64,000 nt of DNA from an uncultured Acidobacteriota bacterium (GTDB lineage Bacteria > Acidobacteriota > UBA6911): assembly GCA_963827655.1 (NCBI GenBank), contig CAWHCF010000023.1, forward strand, positions 320,001 to 384,000, in the 5' to 3' direction. Made by a program: the position numbers and the translations under genes. The notes below the pieces were generated by a model. That model made no database searches. It was given only the letters and a program-made list of their open reading frames with translations, and was not told where the DNA came from. Shown here one piece after another: positions 43,676 through 53,977 of this stretch. Each line of letters opens with the position of its first letter. Positions within the stretch are counted from its first letter, which is position 1.

Positions 43676-44353
43676 ATGTCTTCATGGAGATTGCGGAAAA
43701 GGAGATTAATGGCAGGATCGGAGGGACAGGCCCTAGAGCTTAAAGGGCTTGAGATAGGGCTTGATCAGCCCGGCTCGGGCACCGACAACGATCTGGTCCG
43801 TGAGTTCATAGCCGGAAACGAAGCTGCCTTCACGCAGCTGGTTACCAAATACAAGGACCCGATCACTAACTATCTCAATGTCATGGTCGGCGACTACGAC
43901 ATAGCTGTCGACCTCTGTCAGGAGACTTTTCTTCGAGTATATAAAAATATCACGCGCTATAGTAATATCTACCAGTTCTCGACTTGGATCTACCGGATCG
44001 CCACAAATCTTGCTATCGATGAGATGCGATATCGCCGGCGCAGAGGACAGGTCTTTTACAACAATGTCTGGGCGAACGGCAGCGAGAATTCTGATTCCCG
44101 GCCCGAGTTCGAGATTTCGGATGTACGTCTCGGGCCGCGCGATGAGATCCTGCGCAAGGAGAGCACTCAAGTTCTCGGCGATGCGATCCGGTCGCTTCCG
44201 GAAAAGTATCGCACCGCGTTCATCATGAAAGAAATTCAAGAACTACCTTATGAAACCATTGCCAAAGTGCTCAACTGTTCGGCTGGTACGATAAAATCAC
44301 GCCTGCACAGGGCGCGGGAACTGCTGCAGCGCAAGCTTGAGCACTACGCTTGA
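43676..44353 (+). CDS. ECF RNA polymerase sigma factor (RpoE/SigW-like)
   Basis: DLCQETFLRVY, FSTWIYRIATN and GTIKSRLHRAR. Confidence 0.95.
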   Translation: MSSWRLRKRRLMAGSEGQALELKGLEIGLDQPGSGTDNDLVREFIAGNEAAFTQLVTKYKDPITNYLNVMVGDYDIAVDLCQETFLRVYKNITRYSNIYQFSTWIYRIATNLAIDEMRYRRRRGQVFYNNVWANGSENSDSRPEFEISDVRLGPRDEILRKESTQVLGDAIRSLPEKYRTAFIMKEIQELPYETIAKVLNCSAGTIKSRLHRARELLQRKLEHYA

Positions 44354-45087
44354 AAGATATGGACTGTCGCAAATTTCAGAAAAACCTGGAAGATTACCTG
44401 GAAGGAGGGTTGGATTTCGCTGGGCGCTTCGGAATGGAGCGCCATGCCCAGCAGTGCTACCCCTGCGGCCGTACGGAATCCGAAGCTCAGAAGCTCAAGC
44501 ACCTGGCACTCGAAATCAAACGAGTCGGCGCTCCGCCAAATTTCGAGGCGGCGGTACTGGCGCGCATTCATAACAGGGAATCACGCTTTTTTGGGGGGGG
44601 CCTACGTAAGTGGTGGGCCCACGGACCGGAATGGCCCTCCTGGCCCTCTTTAGCACTAGGTGTTTCAGGTCTGAGCCTGTTCGCCCTGGCGACTCTTTTC
44701 TCTCTTCATCATTTTGGCGGGACCGACCCGAATGGTGAGATCGCCGCGGAGCAGGTACCGTCCAGTCATCGTCTTCCCTCCACGCCTTCTCCCAGAGAAG
44801 AGTCCTTGACCGCAGCGGCCCCGCGGTCTTCCTCCGATCCCGTGACTGAGCTTCCCGTGAATCCTTCGACTGTCAGCCCAGCCAGTAGTTCGGCACGTCG
44901 TCCGCGCGCGCTTTATTCGACCGACGAGTTGACCGTAGAGCTTTCGAATCCGAGCGAGTCTGATTATGTCGAATACCTCGTTCCGGGACCAGGCAATCGC
45001 CCGGTCATAATGCGGTTGCCGAATACTATCCGGATGAAGTATGGTCAGGCCTCTGAAGAGCATTTTATCCGGAATGTCAGTCACTGA
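44350..45087 (+). CDS. Zinc-finger (HxxxCxxC) transmembrane anti-sigma factor
   Basis: HAQQCYPC, one TM helix, overlaps the sigma stop codon. Confidence 0.88.
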   Translation: MKDMDCRKFQKNLEDYLEGGLDFAGRFGMERHAQQCYPCGRTESEAQKLKHLALEIKRVGAPPNFEAAVLARIHNRESRFFGGGLRKWWAHGPEWPSWPSLALGVSGLSLFALATLFSLHHFGGTDPNGEIAAEQVPSSHRLPSTPSPREESLTAAAPRSSSDPVTELPVNPSTVSPASSSARRPRALYSTDELTVELSNPSESDYVEYLVPGPGNRPVIMRLPNTIRMKYGQASEEHFIRNVSH

Positions 45088-45095
45088 AGCAATCC

Positions 45096-46556
45096 ATGAT
45101 CTCTGCAACCCTATTCTCCATCGCACGCGCCGCTCGACCCCTGACATTTAGTATCGCCCTGCTGTTCTCCACTACGGCCGCGCCGGCCCAGGAGACTTCT
45201 GCGACCGCCAATGCGCGCGGCGCCGAGGATACCCTGGTTCGCGTTAACATCACGACCGAGACTCGCGGGAAAGGCGAGCGCGTTGTGATCAACGGGCGGG
45301 AAATCTCCGATTATCGACCGCGGATTATTCAGATCTTTCCGGCCACGGGTATCGTGATCGACGACTCCGGGCATGTCCTGACTTTCTTGGGCTACCGCTG
45401 GGTAGATATTCAGGGAAGCAACCGACGGATTGAGGTTGTTACCAATCAGGGACAGAAGCTGCCGGGACGGCTGGTTGGGATCGACCAGAGTGTTGGGGTT
45501 GCGGTTGTTAAACCCCAAGGGGGAAAGCTGAAGAAAACACCCTTCTGCCGGCGCTGCGAGGTTCGCGATGGCTTGACGGTTGTGACACGGGTCTTAGGCA
45601 GCGAAGGTTCGGAATTTCAACGTGCTCAGATTTCCTCCGTGGGTAGCTCCTCCGAGGGGCAAGACCTTCAGTGGGAGGTCACGATCGATCGTCACATTCC
45701 GGGTATCGGAGAGCCACTGTTAGATACCGACCATCGTGTCCTCGGGTTCATCGCAAGTCAAAAGCCGTCGGGGCAGGATCTCATGGGGATCCACACAATC
45801 GTTTACCCGATGTCCCAACTCTTGACCTCAGCAGAAAAGATTTTGCAGGCCGGCACCGACATTCGCACCGGTTGGCTGGGGGTGTTTCTCGATGACGCAT
45901 CTTCCAAAGACGGAGCAGGAGTGGCAATCCGAAATGTCCTTCAGGATAGTCCGGCGCAACGGGCGGGACTGTTGGCTGGAGACGTTCTGCTAAGATGGAA
46001 TCAGATTCCATTGCAACACGTTCGCCAGTTCATCCGGATGGTCCAGGAAACACCTGCCGGAACCCGCGTCGATCTTGATATCATCCGCCAGGGAGAGCGT
46101 CAGACCCTCTCGGCCACCATAGACTCGCGCAAGCCTGAAGACACGCTCGGAAGATTCGTTGTGAGTGTTCCGGAACTGGCGGATGCCCAGGGTCAAGTCG
46201 AATCCAACGCTTCTCAAAACCATGGCTCAAGGCAGGCCGGCCCGCAGATCGGCCTTGAGGTCGTCCTCCTGAATCCGCAGCTCGCCGATTACATGAAGAT
46301 CCCCGGACAGTCGGGACTCTTAATCTCAAGAGTCGAACCCAACACGGCAGCGGAAAGGAGCGGGTTGCAGGCAGGCGATGTAATTCTCTCAATCGACGGA
46401 CGACGGATTCTTGACCTGCAGACGTTTTCTTCCTATGTCCAGTCCCGTGCCTCAGGCGACACGTTATCGCTGCGGCTTTTGCGCAAAGGGGTCGAGCGGA
46501 GCGTCGTCATCCTGCTCAGACAGCCGAGGACGAAAACGCCTGTGCCGCGCCCGTAG
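45096..46556 (+). CDS. HtrA/DegP-like protein with two PDZ domains; protease motifs degenerate
   Basis: Signal peptide, TGIVID.SGHVLT, GWLGV, SPAQRAGL.AGDV and AAERSGLQAGDVI. Confidence 0.85.
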   Translation: MISATLFSIARAARPLTFSIALLFSTTAAPAQETSATANARGAEDTLVRVNITTETRGKGERVVINGREISDYRPRIIQIFPATGIVIDDSGHVLTFLGYRWVDIQGSNRRIEVVTNQGQKLPGRLVGIDQSVGVAVVKPQGGKLKKTPFCRRCEVRDGLTVVTRVLGSEGSEFQRAQISSVGSSSEGQDLQWEVTIDRHIPGIGEPLLDTDHRVLGFIASQKPSGQDLMGIHTIVYPMSQLLTSAEKILQAGTDIRTGWLGVFLDDASSKDGAGVAIRNVLQDSPAQRAGLLAGDVLLRWNQIPLQHVRQFIRMVQETPAGTRVDLDIIRQGERQTLSATIDSRKPEDTLGRFVVSVPELADAQGQVESNASQNHGSRQAGPQIGLEVVLLNPQLADYMKIPGQSGLLISRVEPNTAAERSGLQAGDVILSIDGRRILDLQTFSSYVQSRASGDTLSLRLLRKGVERSVVILLRQPRTKTPVPRP

Positions 46557-46726
46557 TTTTGACGGCGAGCGACCCTCATAACGAAAACAGGCCCGCCGTC
46601 CAATTGCGCAAGGCGAAGCACGTTTGCGACATATCCTGTATCGGCCCGGAAAAGGCGAAAGCGCCGAAACCAATGAAATGCGGTCGGGACACTGGAATCT
46701 GACGGAGTAAGCGAGAGAGGCTGGAA

Positions 46727-47137
46727 ATGGGTCCTAACTACTGGCTCTTGTTGGCCGATCCCAAGTCGTACAAATACGACGATCTCGAACGAGAGAAACG
46801 CACCGTGTGGGACGGCATTGCCGGCAGCCTCGCGCAGAAACATATGCGTAACTTCAAGAAAGGAGACGAGGCGCTGATTTATCACACGGCGCCGGATAAG
46901 GCTGTTATCGGCGTCGGCAGCATCGCCTCAGATCCTTACGCCGATCCGAAAGATGCCGGAGCGAAACTCGTTGTTGTAGACCTCGAGCCAGTCCGGCGAT
47001 TGAAAACTCCGGTGACTCTGCAGCAGCTCAGGGAGAACACGAAACTGGCTGGCATGACTTTCCTCAAGATCCAGCGCATCGCCGTTTCTCCTCTCAACCA
47101 AACCGAATTCGCTGAGATTCTGAAGATGGGCGAATGA
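46727..47137 (+). CDS. EVE domain protein
   Basis: YWLLLADP, WDGI, GDEALIYH and PVTLQQLR. Confidence 0.88.
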   Translation: MGPNYWLLLADPKSYKYDDLEREKRTVWDGIAGSLAQKHMRNFKKGDEALIYHTAPDKAVIGVGSIASDPYADPKDAGAKLVVVDLEPVRRLKTPVTLQQLRENTKLAGMTFLKIQRIAVSPLNQTEFAEILKMGE

Positions 47138-47324
47138 AGCCCGTCGCAATTACGGTAACGTATTGATTCTTGGTGTTTCTTCGTGTCTTCGTGGTATTTG
47201 ATTAGACAGCTCTAACCACGAAGACACTAAGGTTCGTTCGGGGACTTCGCCCCGAACGAAAGCCCCTTTTGAACGACAACATGTTGGTTTAAACGTTTCA
47301 CCAAGCGCCTAAAGATCCAGCCAT

Positions 47325-47834
47325 TCACTTGCTTCCGAGATCAGCCAGACACTGGTTCAGGCGCTCACGTAACGGCACGAGCTCCTGGTAAACGGTGCGC
47401 CGGTTCATCGCATAGATGACCGCGGCGAAAAGGACATTCAGGGCGATGTGAACTACCAGAGTTTCGCGCGCATGGTGCAGCCCCACCACGAACAGATTCA
47501 GTCCGATCGAGATGGGAGCGATATACCACCACAGGACCCGCCGAATGAGCCGAATTTGCCCATCGAGTGCCTCCCGGTTGAGCCGGCAATACTCCTCGAA
47601 CGTAAGATCGCGCCGGAGCCCGCGTCGATTCCGGCGGGTCCAGTAAAGGACGACCAGGATTCCCAGCGCGCTCGCAGCCAGGATGAGCGACCCGGCGCGG
47701 ATCCAGGGATCCCGGGTAAGCCATGCAATCGATAGTACGATCAGTGACCCCACCGCCGCTGTTGCGCCTTCGGCCCAGTCGCGACGGTCGATGGCTCGGT
47801 TGATGTCCGATAGTCTCTTCCGTATGTCTTCCAT
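47325..47834 (-). CDS. Four-TM membrane protein, paralogue of the putative anti-sigma factor at 48675
   Basis: RRDWAE, YCR..LDGQIRLIRRVLWWYIAP and MNRR..LVPLRERL. Confidence 0.8.
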   Translation of the reverse strand: MEDIRKRLSDINRAIDRRDWAEGATAAVGSLIVLSIAWLTRDPWIRAGSLILAASALGILVVLYWTRRNRRGLRRDLTFEEYCRLNREALDGQIRLIRRVLWWYIAPISIGLNLFVVGLHHARETLVVHIALNVLFAAVIYAMNRRTVYQELVPLRERLNQCLADLGSK

Positions 47835-48030
47835 GATTTCCCCCTGGAAACTGTCCTATCCGGGATCACTTGAAGCAGGATCTCCCGGCAATTGAGATCG
47901 CGGGATTGGTCGTACCTCGCGCAGCCCCGCTTCCCGGCTGTCCGGCGACGAATGTTGATCTCGACCATATAATTCGATCCGGCCTTCGCGTCACGATTCA
48001 CCCCGATTCGATTCACCTTCGATCTGTAAT

Positions 48031-48058
48031 TAGTCGCCCGAGACGCCCCGGACTTACA
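48031..48058 (-). promoter_or_regulatory. Putative ECF promoter (leftward twin)
   Basis: TGTAAG-N16-CGACTA on the minus strand. Confidence 0.65.
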
Positions 48059-48134
48059 AATCGTTTTCCTACGGACGTTCCATGGCCTGGCGCCAAAGGA
48101 TCGAACTTTCTGTGCGGGAACTCACCAGCCTGCC

Positions 48135-48162
48135 TGTAAGATTCCGGTATTATCCACGACTA
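48135..48162 (+). promoter_or_regulatory. Putative ECF promoter (rightward twin, autoregulatory)
   Basis: TGTAAG-N16-CGACTA upstream of the sigma gene. Confidence 0.7.
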
Positions 48163-48184
48163 ATAACTGACAGACCGCCTCAGG

Positions 48185-48673
48185 TTGCTTACGATGGACC
48201 TTCATCAACGCTTTGAAGTCCTGGTTACCGCTAATCATCGGCGGCTCCTGGCCATCGCCCGCAGCTATGCCTGGGGCGAGGAAGGTCGAGACCTTTACCA
48301 GGAGATCCTCTTGCAACTCTGGCGCGGCTTCGAGCGCTTTGAGGGGCGGTCCCATGTCAATACCTGGGTCTACCGCGTCGCTCTTAACACGGCCATCACT
48401 TGGAAGCGCAGGGCCCGACCACAGGTTGTACGTGAGTCCAAAACGACAGAAGCATCGGAGGCCACGGTTGATCCCAACCCTCGCGATGAGATTGCTATCC
48501 TCGAAGAGTTCATCGCCTCGCTCGATGGCATCGACCGCGCGGTGTTTCTGCTCTACCTGGAAGACCTGAGTTACGCCGAGATGGCGGCCATCACCAGCCT
48601 CACTGAGAATCATATCGGCGTAAAGATCAACCGGCTCAAGAAGGCGTTCGTGGACCGTTACGTGGAGGCGTGA
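48185..48673 (+). CDS. ECF RNA polymerase sigma factor
   Basis: DLYQEILLQLW, TWVYRVALNTA and LSYAEMA..IGVKINRLK. Confidence 0.94.
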   Translation: MLTMDLHQRFEVLVTANHRRLLAIARSYAWGEEGRDLYQEILLQLWRGFERFEGRSHVNTWVYRVALNTAITWKRRARPQVVRESKTTEASEATVDPNPRDEIAILEEFIASLDGIDRAVFLLYLEDLSYAEMAAITSLTENHIGVKINRLKKAFVDRYVEA

Positions 48674-48674
48674 G

Positions 48675-49274
48675 ATGGACATCGAACGGTTGAAGACAGC
48701 CTGGCAAAAGCACAGCGCAGCCACCGCGGACTGGGTAAGCGGAAGTAATCTGGCGGCGACGCTCGACCGGCGTGTCCGGCGTCTGGAACGTCAGGTCTTC
48801 TGGCGCGACATTCGCGAAACGCTCGCGGCCATGATCGGCGTCATAATCTTCGGACTGCTCGCCTGGTACACGGCATCGCCAGTCGCGCGCGCCGGCGCCG
48901 CGCTTACTGTCGTCGCGGCCATCTTCATCGTCGCTCATCTGCATCGGACACGCGCTCGTGTCAGTGCCCCGGATCCAAGCCTGCCGTTGATGGCATACTG
49001 CCGGCGCGCACTGGATCGAGTTGACGGTCAGATCGCCCTCCTGCGGTCGGTCCTGTGGTGGTATATCCTCCCACTTCTTATCGGTTGTAACCTCGTGTTT
49101 GCGGGACAGGCGGGGTTGGGCGTGATATCGCTGGTGTATGCGGCGCTGTCCTTGTCGTTCGGTGTTTTCGTCTACCGGCTGAACCAACGGGCAGTCAATA
49201 AGACGCTACTCCCGCTCAGAGAGGAGTTGGAGGTTTGCCTGCGCAGCGTCGAGGCGAACGGAGAAAGCAGGTAA
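48675..49274 (+). CDS. Putative four-TM anti-sigma factor
   Basis: MDIERLKTAWQ start directly after the sigma gene; TM helices. Confidence 0.78.
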   Translation: MDIERLKTAWQKHSAATADWVSGSNLAATLDRRVRRLERQVFWRDIRETLAAMIGVIIFGLLAWYTASPVARAGAALTVVAAIFIVAHLHRTRARVSAPDPSLPLMAYCRRALDRVDGQIALLRSVLWWYILPLLIGCNLVFAGQAGLGVISLVYAALSLSFGVFVYRLNQRAVNKTLLPLREELEVCLRSVEANGESR

Positions 49275-49305
49275 ACTCGCGCGGCGGAACCGGGCTCGTT
49301 CGGTC

Positions 49306-49911
49306 TTACTTGTTGGGAGGGCGGGAAGGACGCCGTTCCAGATCGATTTTCTTCAGCTTATCCAGCTCTTCCCGCAGGAGCTTGATGCGTTCGTCCCGTT
49401 CTCTGACGCCTGCTCTTGTCTTTTCCAGTTCGGCCTGCATGGCCTGTGTAGACTCATTGACCGTCTTCAGGTTTTCCGACTCTGCTTGAAGCCGCAGAAT
49501 ATATTCAGCCTGAGGCTTCAGCGGACTCTGGGGGAAAAGAGCCACCAGACGGTTAAGCAATTCGGTCGAACGGGCGGGATTGTGCGACGGGTGGCCGGGA
49601 ATGGCATAGGCCATTGCGAGCCGAAAGAGCACCCTGTCGTGGTCCTTAGGGTTGGGGGTGCCGCGCAGATAGTTTTCGTAGGCCTGGACGGCCTGGCTGA
49701 AATCCGCCTTTTCGAAAGAAATCTCTCCCTGCTTCAAGGACGCGGCCGGAACTGGAAGCGCAGGAGAGGCTGGTTGCCTTTGACATCCGGCCGCAGAGAC
49801 AAGCAGCCCGAACATCAAGGTAGGAGCAAGTCCACACTTCAATCCGCGCCCCTCCGGTAAAGCGCTAACGACTAACGACACAAGACGCCAATTCAACGCG
49901 CAGGGTCTCAA
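49306..49911 (-). CDS. Lipoprotein with TPR and coiled coil (QseG/YfhG-like accessory protein)
   Basis: Lipobox AAGC, TPR helix pair and LDKLKKID C-terminus; downstream of the kinase. Confidence 0.75.
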   Translation of the reverse strand: MRPCALNWRLVSLVVSALPEGRGLKCGLAPTLMFGLLVSAAGCQRQPASPALPVPAASLKQGEISFEKADFSQAVQAYENYLRGTPNPKDHDRVLFRLAMAYAIPGHPSHNPARSTELLNRLVALFPQSPLKPQAEYILRLQAESENLKTVNESTQAMQAELEKTRAGVRERDERIKLLREELDKLKKIDLERRPSRPPNK

Positions 49912-51438
49912 ATGGGAGACGAGGCCATGTAGGTTACTCCCTCCCGCGCCTCACCGGTAGGGAGCAACACCGAAATGATGCTCCCTCCCTCAGGATTATC
50001 CTCAACCCAGATGGCGCCACGGTGAGCCTCCACGATGGTGCGACAGATCGCGAGTCCGAGCCCCACACCCTGTCCCGAAATCTTCTTGCCCTGCTTAACC
50101 TGATGAAATTTTTCGAAGATCTTTTGCTTGTGCTGGTCCGGGATCCCTGGACCGGAGTCAGCTATAGCGACCAGGGCGAACGGCTTTCCATCGGTCTGAA
50201 CGATTTCACGCCAAGTATCCGGGATCGCCGCTGGAAGCCCGCTACAGGTTCGCACCGATACCTGGATTACTCCCCCGTCGCGAGAAAACTTGATGCCGTT
50301 TCCAATTACATTTCCAATCACCTGAATGATACGGTCTCCGTCACATTCGACCAAGACAGGCTCTTCCGGCATTTCTTCTTTGAGCTGCAGGCCCTTTTCG
50401 CCGGCCTGGACTTCGAATTCGGCCAGGGCTGTGCGAACCAACTCGCCGAGGTCACGCATTCTCAATTCGTACTCCAGCGCTCCGGCTTCCATGCGCGACA
50501 AATCGAGCATATTACCAAGCATGGAGGACAGCCGTCTTCCGCTTTGGAAGTTGAGTTCAAGGAGTCGCTTTTGCTTGTCGTTCAGCGACCCTGGTATTCG
50601 CTCCAGCATCAGGTGAATGGTTTCTTGCATCGAGGCCAGGGGCGCTTTCAGTTCATGGGAGACATGGGAGACAAAGTCTTTTTTCATCTGGTCCAGCTCG
50701 TTCAAACGCTGGGTCATGCTGTTGAAATCTCGCGCCAGCTGGGAAAACTCGTCATTGTGCGAAGCATCGAGCCGGTAGAAAAACTTCCCCTCAGCAATCG
50801 CTCGCGTACCCTGGGTCAAGTTGCGCAGCGGTTCGGCAATGGAGCGAATAATGACAAATGAGACCAGGCAGCTCAAAATGAGCGACAACGCCGCGGCGCT
50901 CAAGGAAATCCATTGGGCTTGCGCGCCCATACTTGCCGAGTTCTGGATCTCCGATTCGATCGTCTCTTGCGTCGCATTGTAAACGGTCTGAGCTTGAGTG
51001 CGCAGCCGATCCAGATGCTCCATCAGAGCCGGAGGCGGAATCTCGTCGGGTTTCAACTGGGATTCCCGGTGCCGCGAAATGTCTTCCTGTGAACTGATTC
51101 CAGAATCCGGTCAGCCGCTCGATTTCTTTTCGCTCTTTTTCGGACGTCGCGAGCGGTTGCAATTTCTCCAGGATTTCTTTGAAATCCCGTTCGTACTCCT
51201 TGCTCATTGATGCATATTCGGGATCCCCGGAGATCAGGGATTTCCTGGTGAACTCCTCGACCAGATCGCGCGTGCGCATGAGATCCACTGAAACCAGCGT
51301 GGCCTGAAAATCGACTCTTTCCAGACTCCTGAATTTCAAATGCATGCGGTTAATGGAGGTTATCTGGTAGACAAGTACACCGAACATCAAAGCGATCAGA
51401 ATCCCGTAACCCGAAATGCACTTGGTGGTTACTTTCAT
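49908..51438 (-). CDS. HAMP sensor histidine kinase (GlrK/QseE-like), frameshift at about 51060-51090
   Basis: N-terminal TM and sensor in ORF 50791..51459; HAMP, SHELKAP, NGIKF and GVGLGL in ORF 49908..51056. Confidence 0.9.
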
Positions 51439-51537
51439 ACCAAGCGGGACCGCGCCCAACTTTGAGGCTTAAGAGCGTTCGCGTATTCGTGTCTGACCGG
51501 CAGCAAGTTCTCTTTTAGACCGAGGCGCCGGGAGCTG

Positions 51538-52923
51538 CTAGGCTTCCATGCCATAGGACTTCAGTTTGTTGCGGATGGTCTTCACGTCAAGCCCGAGGCG
51601 GCGGGCGGCCTCGGCTTTGTTGTGTCCGGCTTTTTCAAGAGTTTTCAGTATTAATTCTTTTTCAGCCTCGGCGGCGGTGACTCCTATCGGAAGAACAATC
51701 TTTGCTGCCGAGTCAGCTCCAGGGTTCTGGACGTAGGGGGGGAGGTGCGAAACCTCGACCCAGTCGCCTCGGGCCAGGATGACCGCTCTCTCCATGACGT
51801 TTCGGAGCTCTCGTACGTTGCCCGGCCACGAGTAGTTTCTTAACAGCTCGAGAGCCTGCTCACGTAGACCATTCACCCGAGAGTTATGCTTGCGATTGAA
51901 TTCCACGATGAAATGCTGGGCCAGGAGCTGGATGTCCCCCTTTCGCTCGCGAAGAGAAGGCAGAGCCACGGTAAATACGTTGAGCCGGTAGTAAAGATCC
52001 TCGCGAAGATTGCCACTCTCGAGTGCGTTCCGGGGCTCCTGATTGGTGGCGGCGAGGACCCTCACGTCGAAGCTGAACTCCTGCCTACCCCCAAGGCGAC
52101 GGACCTTTCCATCTTCGAGAACCCGAAGAAGCTTGGGCTGCAAGTTCAAAGGCATTTCGGCGATTTCATCCAGGAAGAGGGTCCCGCGATTTGCGAGCTC
52201 GAAACAACCCGCGCGAATGCCGACGGCCCCGGTGAAAGCGCCTTTTTCATGCCCGAAGATCTCGCTCTCCATCAGGTTTTCCGGAATAGCGGCAGCGTTT
52301 ATCGCAACGAAGGGGCCGGTCGATCGCGCGCTGAGGTTGTGAATGGTTCGCGCAACCAGTTCTTTCCCTGTTCCGCTTTCCCCGGTCACGATGACGGAAG
52401 CGTCGCTTGTCCCCAGACTCTGGATCAACTCGTAAACCTCGCGCATTCCCTTGCTGGTGCCCACAAAATCTCCGAAACCGGCCCCTTTCTCCAGCTGAGA
52501 GGTCAGTTTCCGCGACTCCTGGCGAAGCTCGATATCCCGTTGCGCCACTTCCAGTATGGCCTTGAATTTTTCGTAGTCGAGCGGCTTGGTTACAAAATCC
52601 AGCGCCCCCTGTTTCATTGCCTCCACCGCCATGTCGATGCTTCCCTGCGCCGTGACCAGGATTACCGGACGGTCGGATTTATCGCCCTTTAGCGATCGAA
52701 GCAGCTCCAAACCGGACGCCTGCGGCATGACAACGTCGGTTACAACGATATCGGGATCATAGGATTCGGCCAGCTCTTTCCCCTGGGTTCCATCACCTGC
52801 GCTCCGGACCTCGTACCCCCAATCCTGAAGGAGCAACTCGAGCACCTCGCGCATCGCCGGTTCGTCATCAACTACCAGAATCTTCGTTTTGCGGTGAATC
52901 ATAAGTCCTTTCCCCTGCCGCAT
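51538..52923 (-). CDS. Sigma-54-dependent response regulator (NtrC family)
   Basis: Receiver domain, GESGTGKE, GAFTGA, WPGNVREL and Fis-type HTH. Confidence 0.96.
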   Translation of the reverse strand: MRQGKGLMIHRKTKILVVDDEPAMREVLELLLQDWGYEVRSAGDGTQGKELAESYDPDIVVTDVVMPQASGLELLRSLKGDKSDRPVILVTAQGSIDMAVEAMKQGALDFVTKPLDYEKFKAILEVAQRDIELRQESRKLTSQLEKGAGFGDFVGTSKGMREVYELIQSLGTSDASVIVTGESGTGKELVARTIHNLSARSTGPFVAINAAAIPENLMESEIFGHEKGAFTGAVGIRAGCFELANRGTLFLDEIAEMPLNLQPKLLRVLEDGKVRRLGGRQEFSFDVRVLAATNQEPRNALESGNLREDLYYRLNVFTVALPSLRERKGDIQLLAQHFIVEFNRKHNSRVNGLREQALELLRNYSWPGNVRELRNVMERAVILARGDWVEVSHLPPYVQNPGADSAAKIVLPIGVTAAEAEKELILKTLEKAGHNKAEAARRLGLDVKTIRNKLKSYGMEA

Positions 52924-53260
52924 GACATTGTCGTCGTCACATTCAAAAAAGGCTCATGCCCCGCAAGGGGGGTAGCCCGTAGTATACCGGATTCCTACTC
53001 GCAGGCCAATTCACCAACAGGGCCCAGCGGGGAAATTTCTCCCTGATTCCTTCGCCGGCCTCCGAAGGTCTCGGGCCGCCAGTGCCCGCCAACCTCGTAA
53101 TCCTTTGTCACACAACGAGTTTTCCCGCGATCTCCCAGAGCCTGGTTTGGGAACGACAATTGCGACGCCATGGACGTAGGACGTAACGTAATGGGACGTA
53201 AAGGGACGTAAGCCCCGCAGGATCAGGGGAAACCCAATCGCGCGGTTTGCGACTGAGTAT

Positions 53261-53704
53261 ATGGATACCACAGGAAAGCCGTCGGTCCTTTTGGCCGGTC
53301 ACACGCGATACTCGCTGGAACTGTTAAGGAATGCGTTATCGGAATGGGGTTATCTGGTAATCGAGGCGCAAACCACCCGGGAGTTAATCGCCGTTCTACG
53401 TAAACCCTCGCTGGTAATCGCTGATCTCACGACCCTGGGACTCCAGGCACCCAACCTGCTCGTTACGATCAATTACTTTCGCCCTGGAATCCCGGTCATC
53501 CTGGTTCACGACTATCCGACGCTGAATGAGGCATTGGCCGCGCTGAAAGCCGGGGCAGAGGATTTTTTCCCGCAGCCTGTTGACTACGCCCGACTGAAGC
53601 TGGTGGTGGAGAGGAGTCTGGCGAGAAGCCCGCGTGGCCTCTGCGACGAGGAAGATTCTGGCCATGAATTTCAAGAGACTCATTCGACCTTCCGATTCCG
53701 GTAA
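53261..53704 (+). CDS. Atypical single-domain response regulator receiver
   Basis: LVIADL and ALKAGAEDFFPQPVD; acidic pocket and conserved Lys are altered. Confidence 0.7.
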   Translation: MDTTGKPSVLLAGHTRYSLELLRNALSEWGYLVIEAQTTRELIAVLRKPSLVIADLTTLGLQAPNLLVTINYFRPGIPVILVHDYPTLNEALAALKAGAEDFFPQPVDYARLKLVVERSLARSPRGLCDEEDSGHEFQETHSTFRFR

Positions 53705-53977
53705 CCGCCGGCCGGAATTAAATCCGCCGTAGCCTTCTGCTCAAGGACTTTGGTCCCCCAAGCCGGTACCTTTTCCCTTCTCCTGGCGGCCGGTACCCGT
53801 GCTCCAGGTTCGGCTTCGTGCTCTGGCAAGTCAAAACGCGAGCCTGACCTGGATCGCGGCGACAGTATCTTCTGGTTTCCATAGCGTCTCCAGTCATTAT
53901 TTTATCCGTAAGTATAAAGAAACAAAGACGCATAGCTCCGCCTGCTTCCCCGTGCTACAGAAACTTTTGCTCACCTG

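Noticed and set aside
52924-53260. Sigma-54 promoter near the NtrC-family gene
   Set aside because: The best candidate (TGGCGT-N5-TTGT) lacks the -12 GC.
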